A stretch of 64,000 nt of DNA from Anolis carolinensis. Its lineage: Eukaryota. Location: contig NC_085843.1 of assembly GCF_035594765.1 (NCBI RefSeq), positions 13,717,955 through 13,781,954 on the forward strand, given 5' to 3'. The notes below the pieces were generated by a model that saw only the letters and a list, made by a program, of their open reading frames with translations, made no database searches and was not told the origin of the DNA. Below, one piece after another: positions 13,101 to 24,400 of this stretch. The position numbers were made by a program, and so were the translations under genes. How positions within the stretch are numbered: the stretch's first letter is position 1; the number at the start of each line of letters is the position of its first letter.

Positions 13101-14241
13101 TGTTATGATTGAGCCTCATGGCTCTGTTACTGACAGACGTGGGCGTAAGACTCCTCGAGAGTCAGATACTCTCGAGGAGCGAGAAAGAAAAAGACTGCGA
13201 GACATTTTTGCAGCACCATCTGACGAAGAGTCTTTTGAGGGGTTTACGGAGAGAATGGAGGAGGGGCTGGTTAGCTCGGAGGAGGATGAGATGGATTGGA
13301 CTCGGGTGAGGGAGGAATTGGGTGCCACTGGCCATGATGGGATAGAAGATGAATGGGGACCTTCAGGATTAGACCCATGGTTTAGCTGGAGGGATGGGAC
13401 GGGATCCACAGCTGGAGATGCTGTGGGGCGTAGTCAGAGGTGTTCCAGCTCTGATGAGGAAAGTGATGAGGAAACGCCCGGGTTAAGGAGGACAGCTGAC
13501 AGTGATGAGGATTTGTAACTGGCATAAAATGGGGCTTGGGAGCAATTGCAAATTGCGTTGGGCAAGGTAATCTGGACGAACGCTTGGGATCTGTGTGGGA
13601 CGCTTTCCTGAAGACTGGTGTGTTTTCGTGTGCTGATACGTAAGTTGTTTTGGAATTCAGGGTCAGACGGCGGGAGGAATTGTGTGGGCATTTGTTTGTG
13701 CAAACCTGTGCTTACTCTTATTAGCTTGACCTTCCGTCGTCTTCTTGACGGACGCCATCTCCTGCTTTGAAAACTCGGACTGAACTGACCACGGCTTGTC
13801 TTCCCCCTTCTTGGACTTGGAAACTACAAACGTCTGCTTCTGGCTTTGATCTACGGAAAGGAACTGGGTCTACTCTACTGCTACAATCCTTGGCTGATCT
13901 GTTCGTGTTGGAAATCCTGTCTGCTGTGTGTGTGGGAGCGACGCAAGTTACTCTAAGCACAGTGTTGGCAGCAGAGAGGAATCTGCTGCCAATTAGTTGC
14001 ATTCTTTTGTATCTTTTGTTCCTCGGCTTTTGTTTTGTTTATTCCCAGGCTGAAGCAAGCAGTTTGTTTTTACCCGGATTAAACTCCAGTTTAATCCGGT
14101 TTATCTTTTGAACGTTTTTCCTTGTCCCTTTTTGCTCCTAAAGGCTAATACTGCCTGGCCCTTGTATTTTACGGGCATTTTTGAGTTCTGTAATCCAATA
14201 AACTCTGTTATCTTGAATCTTGTGGCGTTCTGTCCTTGACA
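13101..14241 (+). mobile_element. Solo LTR (1141 bp), copy B, probably Ty3/Gypsy
   Basis: Ends TGTTA...TGACA with 5-bp TSD TTTTA (13096-13100 / 14242-14246); CATAAAA at 13523; AATAAA at 14197. Confidence 0.9.
13105..13518 (+). CDS. LTR (U3)-encoded 137-aa acidic protein, copy B
   Basis: MIEPHGS...RLRDIFAAPSDEESFEGF...DSDEDL*; 15 aa differences from copy A by manual alignment, mostly conservative (D/E, V/I, V/L, M/I). Confidence 0.7.
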   Translation: MIEPHGSVTDRRGRKTPRESDTLEERERKRLRDIFAAPSDEESFEGFTERMEEGLVSSEEDEMDWTRVREELGATGHDGIEDEWGPSGLDPWFSWRDGTGSTAGDAVGRSQRCSSSDEESDEETPGLRRTADSDEDL

Positions 14242-15254
14242 TTTTAACATAGAACAAAGACAAACAAACATAGGCTCCGAGCCGGGCTTCGAACTCATGA
14301 CCTCCTGGTCAGAGTGATTCATTGCAGTGATTGATTGCAGCTGCTCTTCCAGCCTGCGCCACAGCCCGAGTTACTTTCAAAGTTACTTTTATACACTACA
14401 GTTCTAAACCTTTCTCCAGCCAGCATGCCTAGTGGGCCACATTAGCTGGGGAATTCTGGTAGTTTTAGTTCCAAAAAGTAACTTCTCCAAGCTTTAGACC
14501 AGGTGAGTACCAACACCCTCCAAGGTATCTCAATCTCAACAGAAGTAATGTATTTTATCCATACCATTCTTCAAATCCAGACAGTTAAAAAATATACACC
14601 TAGAACAATTTTTCAAATACAGCGATTTTCATGACTTACTTCTTAGTCATAGAGGGAGAGCAGAAAAGCATCAAAGGAGTTTCCTTTACAAATAAATACA
14701 GGATGGAAAGAAGAATCATGCTTCTGGGCAGGGAATACATATTATATCATTGTCCCCAGGAAACTGCCCTATCTTTCCATGATTGGTACCTCGTATTTAA
14801 TTTCCCATGACTAACAATTTGTTTATCGTAATATCCAGGAGCAGATGTATAGGTTTCATAACCTAATGTATTAATTGCTCTTATGAAACAAGACTGATCA
14901 AATGTTCTGTGTCATTAGCAATGCTCTGACACAGAAATTAAAGAGGGAATTGCTCAAAGCAACTTTTAAACTCTTCGGGACACTTACAAAGCTGGTGTGG
15001 AATTAAGAAGCCTTTATGTTAGGTGGAGTGTGACGGGGAAGCGATATTCAAAATTAAACAGGAGAAACCTTACTGAAATGTGTATATGATAAGCAATATT
15101 GCATATGAAGCTTGAGAGGTAATATGATGGAGCTGGCTTGAGCACTGCATTAGAAAGATCTGAATGCAAGTCCCTCTGTAGCTTTGTATGTGACTTTGGA
15201 TCCATCAAAATCTCTCAGCACAAAATAGGATCCTTCAGATTACCATAAATAATT

Positions 15255-15389
15255 CAATGGTTCTCAACCTGTGGGTCCCCAGGTGTTTTGGCCTACCACA
15301 CCCAGAAATCCCAGCCAGTTTACAAGCTGTTACAATTTCTGGGAGTTGAAGACTAAAACATCTGAGCATCCATAGGTTGAGAACCACTG
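15255..15389. mobile_element. hAT-type MITE (cagtggttctcaacct family)
   Basis: Same TIR family. Confidence 0.85.
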
Positions 15390-16160
15390 ATATAATGTTA
15401 GGGATATTCTTTGCGATATTTCTTCTTGAAAGAAGCAACAAGTAATTTTAGGAATTTTCTTCCCACTGAAAGTCTTCAAAATGATGCTGTTTTCGAAACC
15501 TATTCACAATTTAAGATTGCTTCTGCAAAAAAGTTACACTTGGTTGTTTTGCATAAAAGGCAGCATTTTCTACACAGTAAATAATACTTTCTGTGCAGAA
15601 AGTAATATTCTGATATGTTATTTTCTGCCCAGAAAATCCTGTTTCATGTGCATTATATTCAAGTCCCTAATTACAGCTGTTTCTGCAAGGAGGGGATTAA
15701 ATGTAGCATTATGACCAAATAGTGTGAAAGCACCCTACTTTACAGTGATTAATATTTTCATTCTGCTCTGAGCTGATCAGAGAAAGAAATGGATTAAAAT
15801 TTAAGCGGTACTACATATTTATTTATGTATTTAAAATATTTGTTGCCTATCAACCCAGCAGGGTGCCCAAGGCAATGTAGCATGGATTTTAAAAGTTTGA
15901 ACTCTAAATACATACATAAAATTACTTATAAAATGAAATATCACAAATTCAGTACACATCGTTTCACCTATCCACACTGCAAAACATATCCCCACCTTCC
16001 TGTGCATCTCAAGTGTGATTCTATTGTATTTTTCCAGTCTAAGAATAGTGGAATATATAGAATTCACTATTATCCATAGTAGCCACTGGGAGCCTGGGAA
16101 CATATCCCCTGAAGATGCACAGGTTGTGCCATAGTTAAAATTGTGGAAGCTTAAGAGTTA

Positions 16161-16310
16161 GGGCCCTTTCACACAGCCATATAACACAGAATATCAAGGC
16201 AGAAAATCCCACAATACCTGTTTTGAAGTGAGTTATCTGAGTCCACACTGCCATATATTCTAGTTCAAGGCAGATAATGTGGGATTTTATTTAGCTGTGT
16301 GGAAGGAGCC
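16161..16310. mobile_element. Short palindromic MITE, PIF/Harbinger-like
   Basis: gggccctttcacacagc...gctgtgtggaaggagcc termini with TNA flanks; relatives at ~24750, 52203, 52390, 53773, 57830 and 60405. Confidence 0.6.
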
Positions 16311-16452
16311 TGAGATGGGACCACGAGGGCCATTTCTAGTACAACTCCTTGACTAGGGAACTAAGGCACTGCTGAAAAGTGTTTAAAACCTTCAGAGATG
16401 GAGAATCCACAGAGGGTTTAACCACAGACAATTAAATGTCCAGTGGAGCCAC

Positions 16453-16454
<2 letters not shown>

Positions 16455-16508
<54 letters not shown>
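16455..16508. repeat. (AAT)n microsatellite
   Basis: Directly visible. Confidence 0.95.
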
Positions 16509-16509
<1 letters not shown>

Positions 16510-17116
16510 TTTATTTGTATCCCGCCACCATCTCCCCTGGAGGGGACTCGGGGCGGCTCACAGATATATCAAATACAAAACAATAACAAAATACAATACA
16601 TCAATAAACAATAACATGCACTCTGCTTTTAAAGATGTGGGAGGGATCATATGGTGCTCCAGATATAATTATAACTGCCTTCAGGAAGCTCAGGGGGAAT
16701 GATTTTCATTGGAAGGGGGTTCCATAGACAGATGCTGCGACAGATCTCACAGACTCACCAATCTATCCTAGAACATGCAACAGGTCTCCATTAAAGACAT
16801 CAAACTTCAGCCAAATCTCAAATTTCTAGCAGATAAATAAGCAGCGGTCCATATGCATTCAAGAACAGAAATACTCCGGGCTCTCAGTTGCATAACACAT
16901 AGTTAGACTTGATGTAGGGTGTAGGTGTCATTACTGCCCAAGAACACAATGCAGGGCTAAGTTCATGTTTAGAGCTGTACCTCTTGGAATCTCCCAGACA
17001 CCATGGTTATTTGGCATGCCGGCTAGGTTTTTCATAGTTACAGCCTGCAATACTATTTTTTTCCATTCTTTGATATGATAACTTAGTAATGGCAAGAGGT
17101 CTTTTTGTGTCTAAGT

Positions 17117-17252
17117 CAGTGGTTATCAACCTGTGGGTCCCCCAGGTGTTTTGGCGAACAACTCCTAGAAATCCCAGCCAGTTTACCAGCTGTTTGGATT
17201 TCTGGGAGTTGAGGGCCAAAACATCTGGGGACCCACAGGTTGAAATCCACTG
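17117..17252. mobile_element. hAT-type MITE with 8-bp TSD
   Basis: TIRs; TSD gtctaagt / gtctaagc. Confidence 0.85.
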
Positions 17253-18550
17253 GTCTAAGCTAAGAGGACAAGGCTGCTCTTGATATCAACTCCTTGTTGA
17301 TTTCCCTCCTTTTATACCAAGAGTATGGATACTGAGATATTATTGAACCATTCCTTTCACCTTTCCTCACTCATGGGTATGCCTGCTAGGACTCATGGGA
17401 GTTTCAGTTCAACCACTCCTGAAAAGTTATGCATGCCTTATCTCCCCAGCCTTCCTTCACTACTACATTGAGTTATGTTAATTTTCTGCCCCTTTTGCTG
17501 GAAGGGGTGAAGTGACTTGCCTGTGACCAGTCTTGAAACTACAACACCCAAAATCCCCCAGCTGTTATGCCAGCTGTACAGTTGGCCTCCCATATCCATG
17601 GATTACATATCCACAGATTCAACCACCCACAGCTTGACAATGCTTTTTTAAAAAATCCAAAAAGCAAACATGGATTTTGCCATTTCATTTAAGAGATTTT
17701 ACCATTCCACTGTATATAGAACTTGAGCATCCACAGACTTCGGTATCCATGTGGAGCAATGGAACCAAACCCCAAGAGGTACCTCAGTAATCCTAAAAAT
17801 ATCCCACTCCCCATATTCTAGCTTTGGGATCTCAAGCAAGTAGCTAATGTATCTTCCCTGCAAGATTTGTTGAGTAATATCAAGTTGTTCTGAGTACTGT
17901 TTCAACACTTGTTGCTTTTCTGCTGCTTTGAAACTGAGTAAGTTTATTTTAAAAGTTCTGTTACATTTCAGTTTTGAGCTGAAATGTATAATTATGTTAA
18001 TCTCAGTTTAGTTATCATCTTGCTAGACAGCTTCAGAAAACCTACTCCTGTTTTCATATTGGTAATGAAAGGTTAACCCTACTGACCTAGCCTAATAGAT
18101 TGTGATAGATTGTTGTAAGAGCTACTGAGATATTGCTGTAAATATTTAGAAAGAGGCATCATCACTAATTTAGGAGTGTTCATTAGATACTTGTCAATGA
18201 GTCTCCACCACTTTGGAGGACTTCTGGGTACTCTTAAAGTCACAGGCCAAAATGTTATTTTAGCTCCTCTGAATCAACTAGATTTATTTACAGGTTTATT
18301 TGCCATTCAACATTTATTGCATAGGTCTGTTTTCATTTGGACTAAGAATGCATCTATACTATAGAAGTAATGTCATTTAATTGTCATGGCTCAATGGATG
18401 CCTAGGCTTCGTAGTTCGGTGGGACACCAATAGTCTTTAGCAGAGAAGGCCAAGGACTTTATGAAACAACAACTTGATGAAACAATGATTCCAAGGGATT
18501 GAGTTAAAGTTAAAGTTAAAGTGGGGTCAGACTGCATTAATTATATCTTA

Positions 18551-18882
18551 AGGTAAAGGTAAAGGTTTCCCCTGACGTTAAGTCCAGTCGTGACCGACTC
18601 TGGGGGTTGGTGCTCATTTCCATTTCTAAGCCAAAGAGCCGGCGTTGTCCATAGACACCTCCAGGATCATGTGGCCGGCATGACTGCATGGAGCGCTGTT
18701 ACCTTCCCGCCAGAGCAGTACCTATTGATCTACTCGCATTTGCATGTTTTCGAACTGCTAGGTTGGCAGGAGCTGGAGCTAACAGCGGGTGCCCATGCTG
18801 CTCCTGGGATTTGAACCTGGGACCTTTTGGTCCACAAGTTCAGCAGCTCAGTGCTTTAACACACTGTGCCACCAGGAGCCCC
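18551..18882 (-). mobile_element. Sauria SINE, full length
   Basis: tRNA-like head on minus (ggtggcacagtg..., ggttcaaatccc), (ACCTTT)n tail, and 12-bp TSD aattatatctta (18539-18550 / 18885-18896). Confidence 0.9.
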
Positions 18883-20408
18883 ACAATTATATCTTAGGCG
18901 CACCCTAATATACAATCCATATTTACAACCTCCTCAGACACACAAAATTGCCCATCCAACAGTTGAGGCACAGAGCCCACTGGCTCCCATCACACAACAT
19001 CAATCTACTTCTGGCAGGGCTTTGTATCTCAAGTGAAGCCCAAGTGTGCCAGGAGGCCTCTTCAGCAACATGGGAGGATCTTGCTTACATTATATCTGTT
19101 GAAATGATCATACTCTCATATTTTCTAACTTACTCCATTGATTTTAATAGATCTGTTCTAAGCATGGCCCCAGCCAATAATCTGGAATGGATAAAATATC
19201 TACAACTAATACTTATTCAAATTCCTGCTTTAGATATTAGCATATGGTACCTGCTGCTTACACTGATTATAATATCGGAAACAGGAACTGATTAGCATTA
19301 GAAGTAAACTCATCTTTATTCATCAGAATCAACTTTAACTGTAAATAACTCAACATTTGCCTGCTCTGAACAGCCCCATTGCTTCTGAATGGTAAAAACA
19401 GTGAAAAGTCAACAAATACCCCAAAATTCAACTCTTTAACTTCAAGAAGCCAATTCTGTCATGCTGTCAATAAATGGAAGCTCCATCATTGACAAATGCT
19501 ATGAAATGAAATGCTACATTTTCCTTACTGAACCTAACTCACACCAGCTGAAATTTGAAGACATGGCTAATAGCAATTCCTATTGTTTCATTGTGTCGTC
19601 CAGCACTTTTTTTTGCCTTGTTTTAATTTTTTTATAGCATCTCTGGAGGCAACCACCCTTACAAGTGACCCAAAAATGATTTCAGTATTTCTGTGAAAGT
19701 TTTTTTCTTGTGGCCATTCTGAATGTTTTCCAAGGCCTTGGGCTGACCCTTACCTGGGCGAGGGCGCCACCTCTCGATTGAACTCCTACTGTTACATTTT
19801 TCAAGAACTGCCATTCAATTAGACTTTGTCCAAATTATGTTCTATCCAACATCCTTTGCAAAGCTTTTAGTGATGCCATGAACTCTTTCAACTCACTGCT
19901 CTCTGTATGTTAAAAAAAAAAAAAAAACAAACCCAGTGGGGAAAGAAAAAAACCCAACTCTGCATTATCTGACATCTCTCGTCTAATTACGAGCAAAGGC
20001 GATTTATTGGAAGAGACAAGCTGGTCCACTCCTGCCTATTTCAAGGTTTTTTTTTTAGATGAGCAGGCAGTGATGTCTAACTCTTGAGCACATAAATAGC
20101 AATGTCCTGGGTTAAGCAGTCTTCAGTTCAAAGCATGCAGCCACTTTCAAGAGAAAATGATATCAAATCCTTTAGATCTCCATTTAGACTTTTCCAGACA
20201 AGCTCTTTAGACTGTTTTATTTCTAAACCCTGCTGTACTTTCACAGTTCCCCAAAAGCTTTCGTTAACACAGACACATAGCAGACACTGTTTTCAGCATG
20301 AACCTAACCCCCACAAGCTATAACTGCTATCAGGAAATAAAACAAGCTGTCCATCTCAGGAAAAGAGATGCACAGGAGATACAGAAGCCTTGTCCCTCAT
20401 CCTCCTAC

Positions 20409-20510
20409 CTTGCATCCAAACATCAACGACAAAGTGTTGTTGGTGCAGGCAACTTTGCAGTGGCAAATCATTGGTGTAACGCGGTGGGAAGAGTGAACAA
20501 TACGGCACAT
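20409..20510 (-). CDS. DLG2: DLG2 (PSD-93/chapsyn-110) alternative first coding exon, palmitoylation-type N-terminus
   Basis: Minus strand translates MCRIVHSSHRVTP-MICHCKVACTNNTLSLMFGCK followed by a phase-0 donor AAG|GTAGGA. MICHCKVACTNNTLSLMFGCK matches the recalled N-terminus of a vertebrate PSD-93 isoform that continues KYRYQDED in the next exon (not found in this window). Confidence 0.9.
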
Positions 20511-21370
20511 TCCTTGCAGGCTGCAGCAGGAGCAGCCAACCGGCAGATCAAAAACAAGCAGCTAGCACAACACATGGAGAAACAACATTTCCATCCCAAG
20601 AGCTAGCTCAATTCACTCTCTCTCCCTCGGCAGTCAGAAGCGGCATCCCCATTCCGTCGACACCTGTGCCCCCAAGTCAACCATCCCCTTCCTTGTAGAT
20701 GAATCAATGCTGCAGCACCAAGCATGAAGTGTCAGGATTTCCCCCCTCGTCACAGGGGTGGGGTGGGGGATTAATTTTAAAAAATCTCCTCTCCCCTCCT
20801 CATGTACACTGAAAAATGGAAATGAAGGTGGCACGGCAGGTGCAAGAGCATTAGCATGTAAAAGGGCACCGCCGCCTACTCGTAATAATCACACAAGATT
20901 GTCATGCTAGCTCAAGTGGGCTGAGAAATTATGCCATCGGAAGAAAAAGACTGCAGCTCCTGATTTGGTCAAAAGCCAGTGGTTTGCTGCAATACATAGT
21001 CATTGTGGAAGGGAAGAAAAAGTCGCCTCAACAGCCTTCAGTCCTTTGCCGAGAGGTGTTCCAGAAGGACGTGTTCACCCTTTCTCTTGACACCGCTGCA
21101 CTCCGAGTTGAGGAGAAGGAGACGGATCCAGCAGAACTCAAAGCAGCACCAGCCACCCCCTGGTCTCAAAGCTGAATCTCTGCTCGAAAGAAATCAAAGC
21201 TGAATGTGCCGGAGGAGGAGATGACAACCCCACACTGGTGCGAGCAACGTTCACGTTATCCTCGCCAGACACGGTGTGGAGTTCGGGGAGGGAGGGGAGA
21301 TGTCTATCCCCAGGGACCAATTTATCAAAGACGGGTTGGGGGTCTGAAAGGGACAGCTGTGCACACGCTA
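20511..21370 (-). promoter_or_regulatory. Putative 5'UTR/promoter region of the DLG2 isoform
   Basis: Repeat-free, locally CpG- and GC-enriched stretch immediately upstream of the first exon. Confidence 0.5.
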
Positions 21371-22879
21371 AGTTACTTATAAAGTAAGATACATCGGCTT
21401 GTTTATGAGAGTCATCCCTTCAAGGGGAATAGCAGATTGAGCTGTTTGTTCACCAGTTACCCATGGCTTCAAAGCAACTCCGGAATATTGGTTAAAACCC
21501 ATGTGCTACTCTTTTGGGAGAAAAGCAGTGAATTTGCAAAAGGGCGCAGAGAGAGAGAGCTGGAATAACACAGTAGCTAGGAAACTAAACAGTCTCAGGA
21601 ACTCAGAGCTTTCAACTATTCATGGGGTACCTGTACAAATTATTATTTACTCACCCAGCCTCAATCTTCCATGTGTGATATAGTATTTCTGTTGGTCCAA
21701 CTTACAGAATGATTGTAAGGGTTTTTTTTAAAGAAAACTCAATTTTTTCTTAAACAGAATGAGAAATTCCTAGTGAACATATTAAAATGTCATCATCATC
21801 ATTTGGTAGTCACTTTCATAACTCCAGTTAATAACTGAGAACTATGTGATGAATCCTCCTGTGTGTGTTTAAATACACACAGACAAAGATAAAGAGCAAT
21901 CTATTGTATATATACTTTGGATTGTGCTAACACACAATAATACAGTGGGTCCTCGGTACCTGCTGGGGGTTTGGTTCCAAGATCCCTCGTAATTTCATAG
22001 TGAATGGATGCTCAAATCCAATAACCTACCATACAATACAATGGCAAACTGCTCAAAAATGTGCCAAAGCGAGCCTAAGGATCTGTGAAATGGCAGGGGG
22101 ATGTAGCAGGGTGAGGGTATGCCAAACATAAGTATAATGTTCAGTGCATGACAAAATCAATGCAATGAGAATTAAGCTTATGTACAACTATGACAAAACC
22201 AGCTCTTGCTTTTGGTATCCCTGACTCTTTCCTAATATATGTTCCAGCTGTAATTGCTTGAATCCAAGGACAAAGAACCCATGGATACAAAGAGCGGATT
22301 CTACTGCTTTTTGCAACTGTCCATCTTTGATAAGGTTTTTCTTTTGGTTAAAACTGTATTTTTCACCACTGGGACAAGGGTGGGCAACTTATAAACTTCC
22401 AGATGTTGTTGAACTACGACTCCTATCATTCAGAATCACTGGTTAGGCTGGCTAGTCACAGCGACGCAGTATCTGGAGGACCACACACTTCCAATCCATC
22501 AGCTACATCTAATACATCATGAAAGAGAAACACAGCCATTTACTCCATTAGTGGAAACCCCAAACAAAGTGCGGTAACACATGTTTAAAAGTCTTTACCT
22601 GGAAGAGACCTAAAGAGGAATCATAGACTTGTAAGAGAGCACAAGGGCTGTCCAGTCCAACACTATTGTGCTATGCAAAAATATACAATCAAAGCACTCC
22701 CATCCAGCTTCTGTTTGGAAAGCTCCAAAGAAGGAAGTTCCACCACACTCCCAGGCAGGCAGCAGCATATTCTTCTATCAAACAGCACTTACGATCAGGA
22801 AGTTCTTCCTACTATTTAGGGGAAATCTCTTTTCCTGAGGCATGAACCCATTGTCCTATGATATAGCATGAGGCCTGTA

Positions 22880-23112
22880 GTACAATGAAATACTTTGGCC
22901 ACATAATGAAAAGACAAGAAAGCTTGGAGAAGACAATGATGCTGGGGAAAATGGAAGGAAAAGGGAAGAGGGGCCGACCAAGGGCAAAATGGTATCCTTG
23001 AAGTGACCTTTAATGAGTTGGGGTTGCGACGGCCAACAGGGAGCTCTGGCATGGGCTGGTCCATGGGGTCATGAAGAGTCATAAGAGACTGGATGAATAA
23101 ACAACAACAACA
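22880..23112 (+). mobile_element. RTE/BovB-type LINE 3' fragment
   Basis: tactttggccacataatg...ggagaagacaatgatgctgggga...ggtccatggggtc...(caa)n tail. Confidence 0.8.
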
Positions 23113-23697
23113 TGTAGTGAAAACAGGGTTCTAAGTTGCAAGACAGTCTAACTGCGAGAGACTATGACATGATCCAACACAAAGACTCCCAACTTCATTC
23201 TACTCTATGAGTTCAACTCCAATAACCACAGAATTATAGAGTCAGAAGGAAGGATAAAGTCACCTAGGATAATTTCTTGCTATACACAGGCCCACATCTA
23301 AAGAACTCCCAAGCAATAGCCATACAACCAATTAAAAATAGTTCACTTCTGAGGTAGTCTATTTCATTGGTGAACAGGTCTTGTCCTCAGGAAGTTCTTC
23401 TTAACATTTCAATGGAATATTTTTCTTACAATTTCAGTCTCCTGGATTGTATCTTAGGGTGCATCTACACTGCAGAATTTATGTAGTTTGATGCTACTTT
23501 AACTGCCATGACTTAATACTTCTCTGCTTAAGGGTGCTGTGCTCCACCAAACTATAACATAAATGATTCCATGGAAGTGGTGTCAAACTGCATTAATTAT
23601 ACAGCACAGTTGCACCTTAAAGTCTCTGAAGGAACAGAAAACAAGCTTGCTCCATCTTCGATGAAACACCCCTTCACATATTTAAATATGGCTATCT

Positions 23698-24400
23698 TCA
23701 CACATGCATGCCCAGTGTGGAATATATATCACTACATTAAAACAGTGGATGTGGCTCTTAATGAGACAAGCCGCATTATCACAGGATGACTACAGCCCAC
23801 ACCATTGGAGAAATTATACTGTTTAGCCAGTATTGCACCACCTGACATCTGCCGGGAAATAGCAACCAATAATGAAAGGACCAAGGCAGTGACATCTCCA
23901 GCCCATCCTCTGTTCAGGTATCAGCCAGCATGCCAATGCCTTAAATCAAGAAATAGTTTTCTAAGATCTACAGAGATGCTCACAGGAACACCTCAGCAAG
24001 CGAGAGTCCAAAAGTGGCAGGCTAGAACCCGGAACCTCAAGCCAAGGCTGATACAAATGAGAAACTCCCTCCTGGCCACACAGAAGACTGGGGTGACTTG
24101 GAAGGAGCTGAACAGACTGCACTCTGACACCATGAGTTGCAGAGCCAACTTTAAGCAATGGGGCCACAAAGTGGAATCCGCAAAATGTGAATGTGAAAAA
24201 GAGCAAAGCACAGACCACCTACTATAATGCAGTCTGAGCCCTGCCACATGCACAATGGAGGACCTTCTTATAGCAACACCGGAGGCACTCCAAGTGGCCG
24301 GCTACTACTCAAAGGGCATTTAGTAGAATGTCAAGTTTTTAACTTAATGTTTTTCAATACATTACAACTGTACCCTCGGTTCATTTCTGATACGATACAT
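23698..24400 (+). mobile_element. Vingi-like (Ingi/I group) LINE 3' fragment
   Basis: Degraded translation RIITG..PTPLEKLYCLASIAPPDI.REIA and W..LNRL....C.AN...WG....C.C; inserted within a minus-strand CR1 remnant. Confidence 0.7.

Larger units (their letters stand above)
12994..14369 (-). mobile_element. tRNA-derived SINE with L2-like tail (AnolisSINE2-like), split by solo LTR B
   Basis: Minus-strand head has A-box (tggcgcaggctgg) and B-box (gagttcgaagcc) at ~14285-14365. The body resumes on the other side of the LTR (caaacattcaatgcc) and ends in a (TAAA)n tail at ~13000. Confidence 0.8.

Noticed and set aside
12790-13104. N-terminal extensions of the 242-aa ORF (and of the 162-aa ORF at 10991)
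   Set aside because: They lie outside the LTR boundaries and are not shared between copies; chance open frames.
11077-13409. Antisense 97-aa Ser-rich ORFs in both LTR copies
   Set aside because: Explained as the shadow of the Glu/Asp-rich sense ORF; there is no independent evidence.
11062-14241. A single short LTR element (TRIM/LARD) bounded by the two 1.15-kb repeats
   Set aside because: Each repeat has its own distinct TSD, the repeats are clearly diverged, and the spacer is ordinary genomic sequence with a MITE and half a SINE.
20984-21385. Plus-strand coding exon in the GC-rich region
   Set aside because: No recognisable protein in any frame and no convincing splice sites; better explained as DLG2 promoter/5'UTR sequence.
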